Assembly: GCA_963422645.2 (NCBI GenBank) | Contig: CAXXVO010000005.1 | Coordinates: 320,001 to 384,000 of the forward strand | DNA: 64,000 nt | DNA from: Alphaproteobacteria bacterium | GTDB taxonomy: Bacteria; Pseudomonadota; Alphaproteobacteria; UBA828 | Direction of reading: 5' to 3' | In this document: positions 11,077-19,494 of the stretch, in pieces | Position numbering within the stretch: position 1 is the stretch's first letter | How the letters are laid out: every line of letters begins with the position of its first letter | Position numbers and translations under genes: made by a program | The notes under the pieces: model-generated | Database searches by the model: none | Told to the model about the DNA's origin: nothing | Seen by the model: only the letters and a program-made list of their open reading frames with translations

Positions 11077-12099
11077 TTATGCATGCAGGCGCTTGCGCAC
11101 CATCAGGTTTATGACCGCGGCGGCGATCAGCAAAATGCCGATCCCGGCACGATACCAGTAGACCTGGACACCGAGAAGTATGAGGCCCTGCTGCACCATG
11201 GCGACAATCAGAACCCCCAACGCTGCGCCGACGATGCTGCCGTAGCCGCCGGTGAGCGACGCGCCGCCGATAACGACCGCCAGAACGACCTCCAGCTCCA
11301 TGCTCTGGCCGCGCAGACCGTCCGTGCTGGAAAAGCGTGCCACCGAGATGAAGCCGGCAAAGGCGGCCATCATGGAGCACAACATGAACGCCGTGACCTG
11401 AGTGCGCACCGTGTGGATTCCCACGGCAACGGCAGACTGCACATTGCCGCCCACGGCGTAGATGTGGTTGCCGAAGCGGTGCCGCACCAAGACGATATGA
11501 AAGACGAGGACGAGGACGATGAACCAGAAGAACGGCCCCTGGAGCCAACCGTTGGGCGGCGGCCCCCAGATGAAGTCGAAGGCTTCCAGGAAGGAGTGCT
11601 TGGCGTTGAGCCGAATTGGAAAGCCGCCGGTTAGCGCCAGCAGGCAACCGCGATAGAACATCAAGGCGCCCAGGGTGATGATCAAGGAGTGAATACCGAG
11701 CTTGGTCACCAGAAGACCGTTGACGGCGCCGATGGCGAGACCCGCGATCAAGGTGATGACGAGAACGGCGGGCGCATCGACGCCCGCGTTCAGAAGCGTG
11801 AGCGCGATGCCGGACGCGAGGCCGTAGACCGAGCCGACGGAGAGGTCGAACTGTCCCGCTATCATCAGCAGGCCGACGCCGACCGCGAGGATGCCGAGCG
11901 TCGCCGAGCTCAACATGACCGTGCCGATGACGCGATCGCTGAAGAAATGCGGCGAGGCGAGCGAGAAGAACACGAAGACGACGATGGCCGCGGCGAAGGC
12001 GCCGGTCTCCGGCCGCGCCAGGTTGCGTACGAGCCAGCTACGCTGACGGCGCCTGCTGAGCGCCGCTGAGGATTGCTCGAGTGGCGCTTCAGTCGGCAT
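11077..12099 (-). CDS. Sugar ABC transporter permease (RbsC/BPD_transp_2)
   Basis: LLMIAGQFDLSVGS, IITLGAL, FGNHIYAVGGN, VIGGASLTGGYG; ATG at 12099 after GGAGG. Confidence 0.9.
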   Translation of the reverse strand: MPTEAPLEQSSAALSRRRQRSWLVRNLARPETGAFAAAIVVFVFFSLASPHFFSDRVIGTVMLSSATLGILAVGVGLLMIAGQFDLSVGSVYGLASGIALTLLNAGVDAPAVLVITLIAGLAIGAVNGLLVTKLGIHSLIITLGALMFYRGCLLALTGGFPIRLNAKHSFLEAFDFIWGPPPNGWLQGPFFWFIVLVLVFHIVLVRHRFGNHIYAVGGNVQSAVAVGIHTVRTQVTAFMLCSMMAAFAGFISVARFSSTDGLRGQSMELEVVLAVVIGGASLTGGYGSIVGAALGVLIVAMVQQGLILLGVQVYWYRAGIGILLIAAAVINLMVRKRLHA

Positions 12100-12178
12100 G
12101 CCGCCGCCTCCCCCGCCTCGCCTCCTTCGCCTTGCGGGCATTCTGGAGCGTTCCGACCCGAGTGACCAGCCTCAGCGC

Positions 12179-12216
12179 GCAGGCGAGCGCGGTCCTGGGC
12201 TACTCAGGCCGCACCG
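12179..12216 (+). repeat. 38-bp direct repeat, copy 2 (intergenic)
   Basis: Identical to 9796-9833; after one mismatch, three more bases (CGA) match. Confidence 0.9.
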
Positions 12217-12334
12217 CCGAGAGCCAAACCTGCTTCACTGCTGCAGGATATGACCGCGTGTGAGCGGAAAGTGCTTCAACCGAAGCCTTGCCGTCCATGA
12301 ATACCTATCCATACCCCAAACCATTCCGGAATTA

Positions 12335-13196
12335 GGTTCTGTACCCATAAAATAATTGCCGGAGAGAGCGAATCATGATTCAAGCTCCCAAATTGCGGGA
12401 GCCTGCCGATGAACCGCTACGACCTGACCGACTTCGAATGGAGCGTGATCGAACCGTTGCTGCCGAACAAGCCTCGCGGCGTCCCGCGTGTGGATGATCG
12501 GCGCGTCCTCAACGGCATCATGTGGGTACTGCGCTCTGGCGCCCCCTGGCGAGACCTGCCCGAGCGCTACGGGCCTTACACGACCTGCTACAACCGCTTC
12601 AACCGCTGGCGCAAGAAGGGCATCTGGGATCAACTTATGGACGCTATCGTAGAAGCTTACGACGGTAACATACAGATGATCGACAGTTCCAGCGTCCGCG
12701 TTCACCAGCATGCGGCGGGCTCAAGAAGAAGGGGGGGCCGGATCGTTGCATGGGTCGTTCCCGAGGCGGACTGACGACGAAGGTGGTCATCGTGCGCTCC
12801 GCGCGCGTTCCGCGCGACGCCAGCGGCTTGCCGCTCCGCTTCACCTTGAGCCCTGGCCAAGCCCATGACAGCACGGCCGCTGAAGCTCTGCTCGAAGATC
12901 AACTTCCTGCAGACAGCTTCCTCCTCGGCGACAAGGCCTACGACGCCGAATGGATCAGAACGATGATCGAGGCGCAGGACGCCGTGGCGATCATTCCCGA
13001 CCGCAGCAACGCCAAGGCTGCCCATGCCTTCAGTCACATTCTCCACCGCCTGCGTAATCGGGTCGAGCGATTCTTCACCAAACTCAAGCAGTTCAGGTGC
13101 ACCGCAACACGCTACGAAAAACTCGCCGCAAACTACCTCGCGATGATCAAACTCGCCACAATCCGCATCTGGTTGCGCGCTAATGAGTCCACGCCC
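12335..13196 (+). mobile_element. IS5-family (IS427-type) insertion sequence, about 860 bp
   Basis: Imperfect terminal IRs GGTTCTGTACCCATAA / reverse complement of TAATGAGTCCACGCCC; TA on both sides; two overlapping transposase ORFs. Confidence 0.85.
12409..12774 (+). CDS. IS5 transposase, N-terminal ORF (DUF4096)
   Basis: LTDFEW..IEPLLP, RRVLNGIMWVLRSGAPWRDLPERYG, IDSSSVRVHQH; A/G-rich slippery-type tract near 12722-12737. Confidence 0.88.
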   Translation: MNRYDLTDFEWSVIEPLLPNKPRGVPRVDDRRVLNGIMWVLRSGAPWRDLPERYGPYTTCYNRFNRWRKKGIWDQLMDAIVEAYDGNIQMIDSSSVRVHQHAAGSRRRGGRIVAWVVPEAD

Positions 13197-13199
13197 TAG
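12750..13199 (+). CDS. IS5 transposase, C-terminal DDE ORF (joined by -1 frameshift)
   Basis: GRSRGGLTTK, GDKAYD, RNRVERFF.KLKQFR..ATRYEK. Confidence 0.85.
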   Translation: MGRSRGGLTTKVVIVRSARVPRDASGLPLRFTLSPGQAHDSTAAEALLEDQLPADSFLLGDKAYDAEWIRTMIEAQDAVAIIPDRSNAKAAHAFSHILHRLRNRVERFFTKLKQFRCTATRYEKLAANYLAMIKLATIRIWLRANESTP

Positions 13200-13553
13200 T
13201 CACCTGAATCTAAAGTTCGTGGCATAAATTCAGACTTCCTGACCTCGTGATGCTGGCTGTTCTGGGCAGCGTGCCGGGAACTCCTTGAATTCTGATACAT
13301 TTCGGTTGTTTCAGGCGGTTTTTCGCTGGGTGTCGCGCCCGAGGTCTGATATGTCAATCGGCTTTCAATACTGACCCCCGATCGGCGTGCAAAATTGACC
13401 CCCCTGAGTGGCACGGCGGAGGTTGTCCCGGTAGCCAATAGGGGGGACCCGCGCGGCTTCGTGTGGCGCCCTGCGCTACGCGGAGCGAAGCCGCGTGGGG
13501 GGTCCCTGTTGGCCCACCGGGGCAACCGGGCCGCAAGGGAGGCCGGCGGCGGG

Positions 13554-14282
13554 TCAGGAGCGGTTCTTGAAGCGCCAGCTCTCGTTGCCGGTCTCGATGA
13601 TCTCGCAATGATGGGTGAGGCGATCGAGCAGCGCTGTGGTCATCTTGGGGTCGCCGAAGACGGATGGCCATTCGCCGAAGGCGAGGTTTGTGGTGATGAC
13701 GATCGAGGTGCGCTCGTAGAGCCGGCTCATCAGATGGAAGAGCAGCTGCCCACCGGCCTGGGCGAAGGGCAGGTAGCCGAGCTCGTCGAGGATGACGAAG
13801 TCGCGGCGGACGAGCTGGTCTGCAGTGCGGCCCTGGCGTCCGGCGCGAAGCTCGGCCTCGAGGAGGTTGACCAGGTCGACGACGTTGTAGCACCGGCCGC
13901 GCGCGCCCTTGCGGATGCAGGACCGCGCGATGGCGACGGCGAGATGGGTCTTGCCGGTACCGGTGCCGCCGACCAGCACGATGTTGCGTTTGCCCTCGAG
14001 GAAGCCGCCGCCGGCGAGCTCCTGGATCAGGGGCTCGTTGACCGGCGAGGCGGCGAAGTCGAAGTCGGCCAGCTCCTTGACCGTCGGCAGCTTGGCGGAG
14101 GCCATCTGGTACTTGATCGAGCGGGCCCTCTTGTCGGCGATCTCGACCTGCAGCAGCGTACCGATGATCTGTTGCACCGGATGGCGGCGCTTGAGCCCGT
14201 CGGCAAGGATGTCGTCGTAAGCGGCGCGCATACCTGCGAGCTTCAGCTGGGTCATCATCTCCAGCACATCATGACGCTCCAT
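13554..14282 (-). CDS. istB: IS21 helper ATPase IstB
   Basis: Walker [36 protein letters not shown]. Confidence 0.95.
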   Translation of the reverse strand: MERHDVLEMMTQLKLAGMRAAYDDILADGLKRRHPVQQIIGTLLQVEIADKRARSIKYQMASAKLPTVKELADFDFAASPVNEPLIQELAGGGFLEGKRNIVLVGGTGTGKTHLAVAIARSCIRKGARGRCYNVVDLVNLLEAELRAGRQGRTADQLVRRDFVILDELGYLPFAQAGGQLLFHLMSRLYERTSIVITTNLAFGEWPSVFGDPKMTTALLDRLTHHCEIIETGNESWRFKNRS

Positions 14283-15795
14283 GACCGGCCTCCCTCAGGC
14301 TGTCGTAGCGCTGACAGTCGGCTACCGGCTTGTGGCGAAGCTGCAGGCCCTCGGGCGTCGGGATGATTGCCGGCGGTGCCGGCTGGCGCTGCCGGGCGAG
14401 GATGTTGAGCACCACGTCGGCGCTGCAGGCACCGCAGTCGAGCGTCTCGGCACAGGCCGCCTCAACCGCCTCCAGTCCGTCCTCCAGCACCGCCGCGAGC
14501 ACCTTGACGAACTGCCGGTCGCCGTCGTCGTGGCCCGCGAGCCGGGTTCGCAGGCGGCCGAGCGCGTTGGGCAACTGCCAGTCCTTGAAGGGCGCGCCAT
14601 TGCGTAGCGCGCCGGGCTTCCGCGTCAGGATCGGCACGTAATGCCACGGATCGTAGACGAACCGGCCGCGCCCGAAGCTGCGGGGGTGCTCGGCAACGGT
14701 CTCGCCGTCCTGGCGGATGACGATCCGATCGGCATAGGCCCGCACGTCCACCGGCCGGCCGACGGCGCGGGCCGCGACGCTGTACTGGTTGTTGTCGAAG
14801 CGCACCAGACAGGTCTTCGAGACCGACACCTCGCTGGCATGGAAGCCGTCGAAGGGGCCGCGATACGCCATCAGGAAGGGCTGCTCCTCCTCGAACACCT
14901 GCCACACCGTCTTGCCCGGGATTGTCGGATGCGGATGCTTCTTGGCGTCCTCGATGCACCGATCCATCAGCCACTCGTTGATCTCGGCGTAGGAGCGGCC
15001 CCGCGGGATGGGCACGAACAGGCGGCCGCGAAGGTCACCCACCTGCTTCTCGACCTGCCCCTTCTCCCAGCCAGCCCCTGGCGTGCACGCCACAGGCTCC
15101 ACCAGATGGTGCGAGCACAGCTCCTGGAAGCGGCGGTTGTAGTCCCGCTTCTTGCCCACGAAGATCGTGCTCACCGCCGTCTTCATGTTGTCGTAGATGC
15201 CCCGCCGGCAGACCCCGCCGAAGAAGCGGAAGGCACGCTCGTGCGCCTCGAAGACCATCTCCTGGCTCTCGCGGGGAAAGATCTGGACCAGATACATCCG
15301 GCTGTGGCACAGCCGCATGTGCGCCGCCTTCACCCTGGTCGTCGCGCCCGACAGACGCGCGTACTCGTGGCTCCAGTCGAACTGGTAGGCCTCGCCGGGA
15401 TCGAAGATCAGCGGCACATAGGCCTGCGCCGGCGACAACAGCCGCCACCGGCGCCGCCAGGCCCTGGCATAGCGGCGAACCGCGTCATAGCCGCCCTTGT
15501 AGCCCAGCGACACAAGGTCTTCATGAATCCGCAGAAGAGACAGCCGATCCTTGCGTGCCTTCTTCTCGTTGGCCTTCAGCTGGCGCTCAAGCTCCTCCAC
15601 CCACAGCCCAAGCTTCGGCATCGGCTGGATCTTGCGCTCGTAGCTGTGCGAGGTCGCATCGCCCCGCACCACCTTGCGTATCGTGTTCTTGGAAACCCTC
15701 AAATCCCGGGCGAGCTTCTTGATCGGAACGCCCTTCACCAGATGATCCCGACGGATCTTCGCGATCGTTTCCACAACCAGCATCTCCCCCACCAC
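14269..15795 (-). CDS. istA: IS21 transposase IstA
   Basis: N-terminal HTH; [26 protein letters not shown] motifs. Confidence 0.95.
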   Translation of the reverse strand: MVGEMLVVETIAKIRRDHLVKGVPIKKLARDLRVSKNTIRKVVRGDATSHSYERKIQPMPKLGLWVEELERQLKANEKKARKDRLSLLRIHEDLVSLGYKGGYDAVRRYARAWRRRWRLLSPAQAYVPLIFDPGEAYQFDWSHEYARLSGATTRVKAAHMRLCHSRMYLVQIFPRESQEMVFEAHERAFRFFGGVCRRGIYDNMKTAVSTIFVGKKRDYNRRFQELCSHHLVEPVACTPGAGWEKGQVEKQVGDLRGRLFVPIPRGRSYAEINEWLMDRCIEDAKKHPHPTIPGKTVWQVFEEEQPFLMAYRGPFDGFHASEVSVSKTCLVRFDNNQYSVAARAVGRPVDVRAYADRIVIRQDGETVAEHPRSFGRGRFVYDPWHYVPILTRKPGALRNGAPFKDWQLPNALGRLRTRLAGHDDGDRQFVKVLAAVLEDGLEAVEAACAETLDCGACSADVVLNILARQRQPAPPAIIPTPEGLQLRHKPVADCQRYDSLREAGHGAS

Positions 15796-16085
15796 CCCGT
15801 CCGTCCAAACGACGAGGTGTGTTCATGGACACAAATCCAAGGGGGTCAATTTTGGACGCCGATCACCCCCAATAGGGGGTCACTTTTCCACGCTTAACAA
15901 CAAACTGCTCGGCGCGGCCGAAGTGAATGGAGCCCGGCCCTGCCGAAGCGGTCGCAGAGTTAAAGAATATGCGTGACCTTGCGGCTTATCTCGTTTCGCG
16001 CGCGGGATATATTGTCTCGGACCGGGGTCTTATCCCGAAGAGGTGTATGAAAGAGCTTATGTGATGCGTCCCGGTAGGGGACACA

Positions 16086-16382
16086 TTACGCGGCGTCGGC
16101 GGGTCGCACGCGCTCAGCGATCTCAGCTCCGCGTTCCCGTTCGACCCGAGCGATGTCGTACTGGCTCTGGAGACCGATCCAGAATGGCGCGCCGTTGCCA
16201 AAATAGAGGCCGAGACGCACCGCCGTGTCGGCGGTGATCGACCGGCGGCCATTCAGAATGTCGGTCACACGGCCGGACGGAACGCTGATGTCCAGCGCCA
16301 GCCTGTTGGCGCTCAGGCCCCGCGCCTCGAGCTCGCGCTTGAGCAGCCTGCCGGGGTGTGAAATCGGTGTCATGGCCTTCAT
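16086..16382 (-). CDS. higA: HigA-family antitoxin (HTH-XRE)
   Basis: HPGRLLKREL, ITADTAVRLGLYFG, FWIGLQSQYD. Confidence 0.9.
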   Translation of the reverse strand: MKAMTPISHPGRLLKRELEARGLSANRLALDISVPSGRVTDILNGRRSITADTAVRLGLYFGNGAPFWIGLQSQYDIARVERERGAEIAERVRPADAA

Positions 16383-16666
16383 CCCCTGTGGTAGTCGACG
16401 ACCTCGACCTCGTAGGCGTCACCCGCCCGAAACTCGAAGCAAATCCGCCAAGGCCCGTTCACCGTCATCGCCCATTGACTTGCCCGCGTCCCCTTGAGCT
16501 TGTGCAACCCGACGCTCTTGAGCGGGCTCAGGTCGCGGAGCGTGTCGGCGGCATTGAGCGCAAGCAGCAAGTCGATGGCGGCGGCGTGGTCCAGGCCACG
16601 AAACCGGTTCGGCGTCTCACCTTCCCAGACCCTTCGGCTGGCCGCGTTGCACCATGAGCGGATCAC
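16379..16666 (-). CDS. higB: HigB/RelE-family toxin
   Basis: LHKLKG..QWAMTVNGPWRICFEF..AYEVEVVDYH; toxin-first order with 4-bp overlap. Confidence 0.9.
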   Translation of the reverse strand: MIRSWCNAASRRVWEGETPNRFRGLDHAAAIDLLLALNAADTLRDLSPLKSVGLHKLKGTRASQWAMTVNGPWRICFEFRAGDAYEVEVVDYHRG

Positions 16667-16848
16667 GGCAAAAACATACTACGTCGGTCGGACAAGTACA
16701 ATGTCATGCCGAGCGTGAAAGCCGATGGACGTGATGTCCGGCATCGGACATGTTCTCGAATCCCGAGGCTTGGTTGGTCTCCTCACGTGGCGATGCGCTG
16801 TCCCGCATGAAGCCTGGCCCCGCCGGGATGACCAGAACATAACAGGCA

Positions 16849-18063
16849 TCAAGGCGGCACGGGTCGATCGGTGCCGCTCCCGGCTTTGGAGATCAGGAGA
16901 TCGGCTCCGATGCTGGCGGCAATCAGGGCCGCAGCCTCGTGCATCGAGTCGCGCGCCAGATGGGCGTACCTGGCTGTTGTCTCCATCTGAGTGTGACCGA
17001 GAAGCCGGCCGATAACGGGCAGGCTCTCACCGAGAGCCAGTGCCCGGGAAGCCCAGCTGTGTCTGAGGTCGTGAAGCCGCACGTCCTCAAGCCCGGCTCG
17101 TTTCCTGACGCGATCCCATTGCTTGCTGATGTTGGACAGGCGCTCGCCTAGCCGTCGACTGGCGATCACCCAGGGGTTGCCCGCAACGCGCGGCAGGTCC
17201 GCCAGAACCTTTAGTGCCTCCGGAGACAGCGTCAGTGTGCGGGCGCCCGTCTTGGTGTCGGCGAGGTTCAGCTCGCCCACATCGAGATCGACATCCTCCC
17301 AGCGCAGCATCCCGATTTCGTTGCGCCGGCAGCCGGTCAGCATGAGAAGTCGAAGCGCCGCCGCCGCATGGGGGGACAGGCTGCCTTCAGTCTCCATCTC
17401 GTTGAGCACGCGGCCGAGACGGTCGAACTCTTCGTCGGTCAGGAACCTCTCGCGCCTTTGGCCCCTGTACTTGACCACGAAGCGGCAGGGATTGCCGCCC
17501 TCCGTCGCCACGCCCCAGGTCCCGGCTGCGTTGAACATCCGCGACAGGAAGGCGACCACCGTGTTGGCCATCGCCGGCGTGTCGCGCAGCTTGTAATGGA
17601 GATCGGCGACATGCTCCCGGCTTACAGCGGCGAGAGGCAACGTGCCGAGTGTGGGGAGAATGTGCTTATCGAGCACCATCCGCCACAGGGTACCGGTGTT
17701 CGGTTTGCAGTGGACGATGACATGCTTTTCCAGGTATCGCGCAGAAAACTCGGCCACGGTCGGTTCCGATCCTGGCTTAGGCGCTACTGGTGCGGGGATT
17801 GCGCCCTCGCCTGCCTTGACGCGGGCGATGATCAGCGCTGCCCGCTGGCGCGCCTGCTCTGCTGTAATGACGCCGTGACGGCCCACCGTGACGCGTTTGG
17901 ATTTTCCCTTCGCCCGCGTCTGCACGATGTAGACCTTCGACCCGGAGGGATAGACGCGCACGCCGAAGCCCGGCAACTCGCTGTCCCAATACACCATGTC
18001 CCTCTCGACAGAGAGTGACTCGACCGTTCGCTTCGAGATGCTTCTGCGGTGAAGTTTGGTCAT
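16849..18063 (-). CDS. Tyrosine recombinase/integrase with N-terminal arm-binding domain (DUF4102)
   Basis: YWDSELPGFGVRV; catalytic TGCR, HDLRH, LGH, TARY. Confidence 0.93.
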   Translation of the reverse strand: MTKLHRRSISKRTVESLSVERDMVYWDSELPGFGVRVYPSGSKVYIVQTRAKGKSKRVTVGRHGVITAEQARQRAALIIARVKAGEGAIPAPVAPKPGSEPTVAEFSARYLEKHVIVHCKPNTGTLWRMVLDKHILPTLGTLPLAAVSREHVADLHYKLRDTPAMANTVVAFLSRMFNAAGTWGVATEGGNPCRFVVKYRGQRRERFLTDEEFDRLGRVLNEMETEGSLSPHAAAALRLLMLTGCRRNEIGMLRWEDVDLDVGELNLADTKTGARTLTLSPEALKVLADLPRVAGNPWVIASRRLGERLSNISKQWDRVRKRAGLEDVRLHDLRHSWASRALALGESLPVIGRLLGHTQMETTARYAHLARDSMHEAAALIAASIGADLLISKAGSGTDRPVPP

Positions 18064-18075
18064 CGCAGCCTCCGC

Positions 18076-19290
18076 TTATCCGGTGCTGGCACGCGGGCTC
18101 ACGGGGGAGCTGGCTGCGGATTGCGCCAGGACGTGCGCGCCGATACTTCCACCTACTCTGGCTGCCGACGTCCTCTCCGTCTCGCGCGCCAGATGGGCAT
18201 AACGAGCGGTGGTCGACACCTTCGTGTGGCCAAGGAGCCGACCTATCATTGTGAGACTTACGCCGAGAGCCAGGGCGCGGCTCGCGTAGCTGTGTCTGAA
18301 ATCGTGGATTCGCACATCGTCGAGACCGGCCTGCGATCGAAGCCGATACCAGTGCTCGCGGATCGTCGATAGACGCTGGACGCCCGGCCTGCTGCTGACG
18401 ATGACCCAGGGATTGCCCGGAACGCGGGGAGTGGCCGCGAGCACCTCCCTGACCGTCGGCGTCAACGGCACCGACCGCGGTCCCGTCTTGCCATCGCGGA
18501 TGCGGAGCTCGCCCGCCGTCCGGTCCACGTCGTCCCACCGCAGGAACAGTATCTCGTTCAGCCGGCAGCCGGTGAGCATCAACAGGCGGATGGCCGCAAC
18601 CGCATACACCGACGCGCCGCCCTCGGCCTCGGCCTGGTCCAGCACCTTGCCGAGACGGCGGGTTTCGCCAGGAGAGAGGAAACGCTCGCGTTGCTTCTCC
18701 TTGTAACGGCGCACGGTGCGGCAGGGATTGGCGCCGGCCGGCCGCAGGTCCCAGGCTACGGCCAGAGAGAGCATCTTGCTCAGAATGTCGATCACTCGGT
18801 TGGCCGTGACGGGCTTGGTCCGAAGTGCGTAGTGAAGGGACGAGACATGGGCGGGTTCAACCGTGCGGACCGTCAGGGCGCCCAGGGCGGGAAGGATGTG
18901 TTTGTCGAGGGCGAGGCTGTAGAACCCGGCCGTGGCCGGCTTGCAGTTGACCTCCACGTGGGCGCGCATGAATCTCTCGGCGAGGTCGGCCACGGTGGGC
19001 TCGGGTTGGGCCGGCGCGGGCACCGGGTCCTCGCCGCGCTTGATGCGATCGATGATGGCGGCGGCCTGCTTGCGGGCCTCATCGGCCGTGATTGTCCCGT
19101 GCTGTCCGATGGTGACGCGCTGCGACCCATTGGGCCCCCGGCATTGGATGACATAGGACTTCCGTCCGGAGACGTAGACCCGGACACCGAAACCGGGAAG
19201 GTCACGGTCCCAGTAGAGAGCATCGCTGCCGTCGGCAGGAAGGGCATGGACGGCCCGCTTGGAGATAGTACGGTGTTGTGGTCGCGGCAT
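18076..19290 (-). CDS. Tyrosine recombinase/integrase with N-terminal arm-binding domain (tandem paralogue)
   Basis: YWDRDLPGFGVRV; TGCR, HDFRH, LGH, TARY. Confidence 0.93.
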   Translation of the reverse strand: MPRPQHRTISKRAVHALPADGSDALYWDRDLPGFGVRVYVSGRKSYVIQCRGPNGSQRVTIGQHGTITADEARKQAAAIIDRIKRGEDPVPAPAQPEPTVADLAERFMRAHVEVNCKPATAGFYSLALDKHILPALGALTVRTVEPAHVSSLHYALRTKPVTANRVIDILSKMLSLAVAWDLRPAGANPCRTVRRYKEKQRERFLSPGETRRLGKVLDQAEAEGGASVYAVAAIRLLMLTGCRLNEILFLRWDDVDRTAGELRIRDGKTGPRSVPLTPTVREVLAATPRVPGNPWVIVSSRPGVQRLSTIREHWYRLRSQAGLDDVRIHDFRHSYASRALALGVSLTMIGRLLGHTKVSTTARYAHLARETERTSAARVGGSIGAHVLAQSAASSPVSPRASTG

Positions 19291-19314
19291 GGTGTGCCCC
19301 GGCGTGTCGCATGC

Positions 19315-19449
19315 GTAATGCTTCCGTTCTCAGGTGATGGATGGTGATTTCACCGATTGAGTGTCCGCTTCCAGTCTCGTCGGAGAGGCCGCAGCCAGAT
19401 GTCCCTCCTGGGCTCGGCCCGCTTCATGTGCGTGTCGTAGCGCCCGCGC
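19315..19449. repeat. 135-bp terminal inverted repeat, left copy
   Basis: Reverse complement of 25546-25680 with one mismatch seen (gtccctcc vs gtccttcc). Confidence 0.92.
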
Positions 19450-19494
19450 AAAAGCCTCTGGTAACGCCGCCGGTGATTCGATATCGTCTCGCCC

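Larger units (their letters stand above)
13352..15902 (-). mobile_element. IS21-family element, copy 1 (2551 bp)
   Basis: TGT...ACA termini with multiple subterminal TGACCCC repeats; istA-istB; appears identical to 31720-34270; no TSD visible. Confidence 0.95.

Noticed and set aside
12258-12280. LacI-like operator upstream of the sugar ABC pair (TGTGAGCGGAAAGTGCTTCAA)
   Set aside because: Poor dyad symmetry and no LacI gene in the window.
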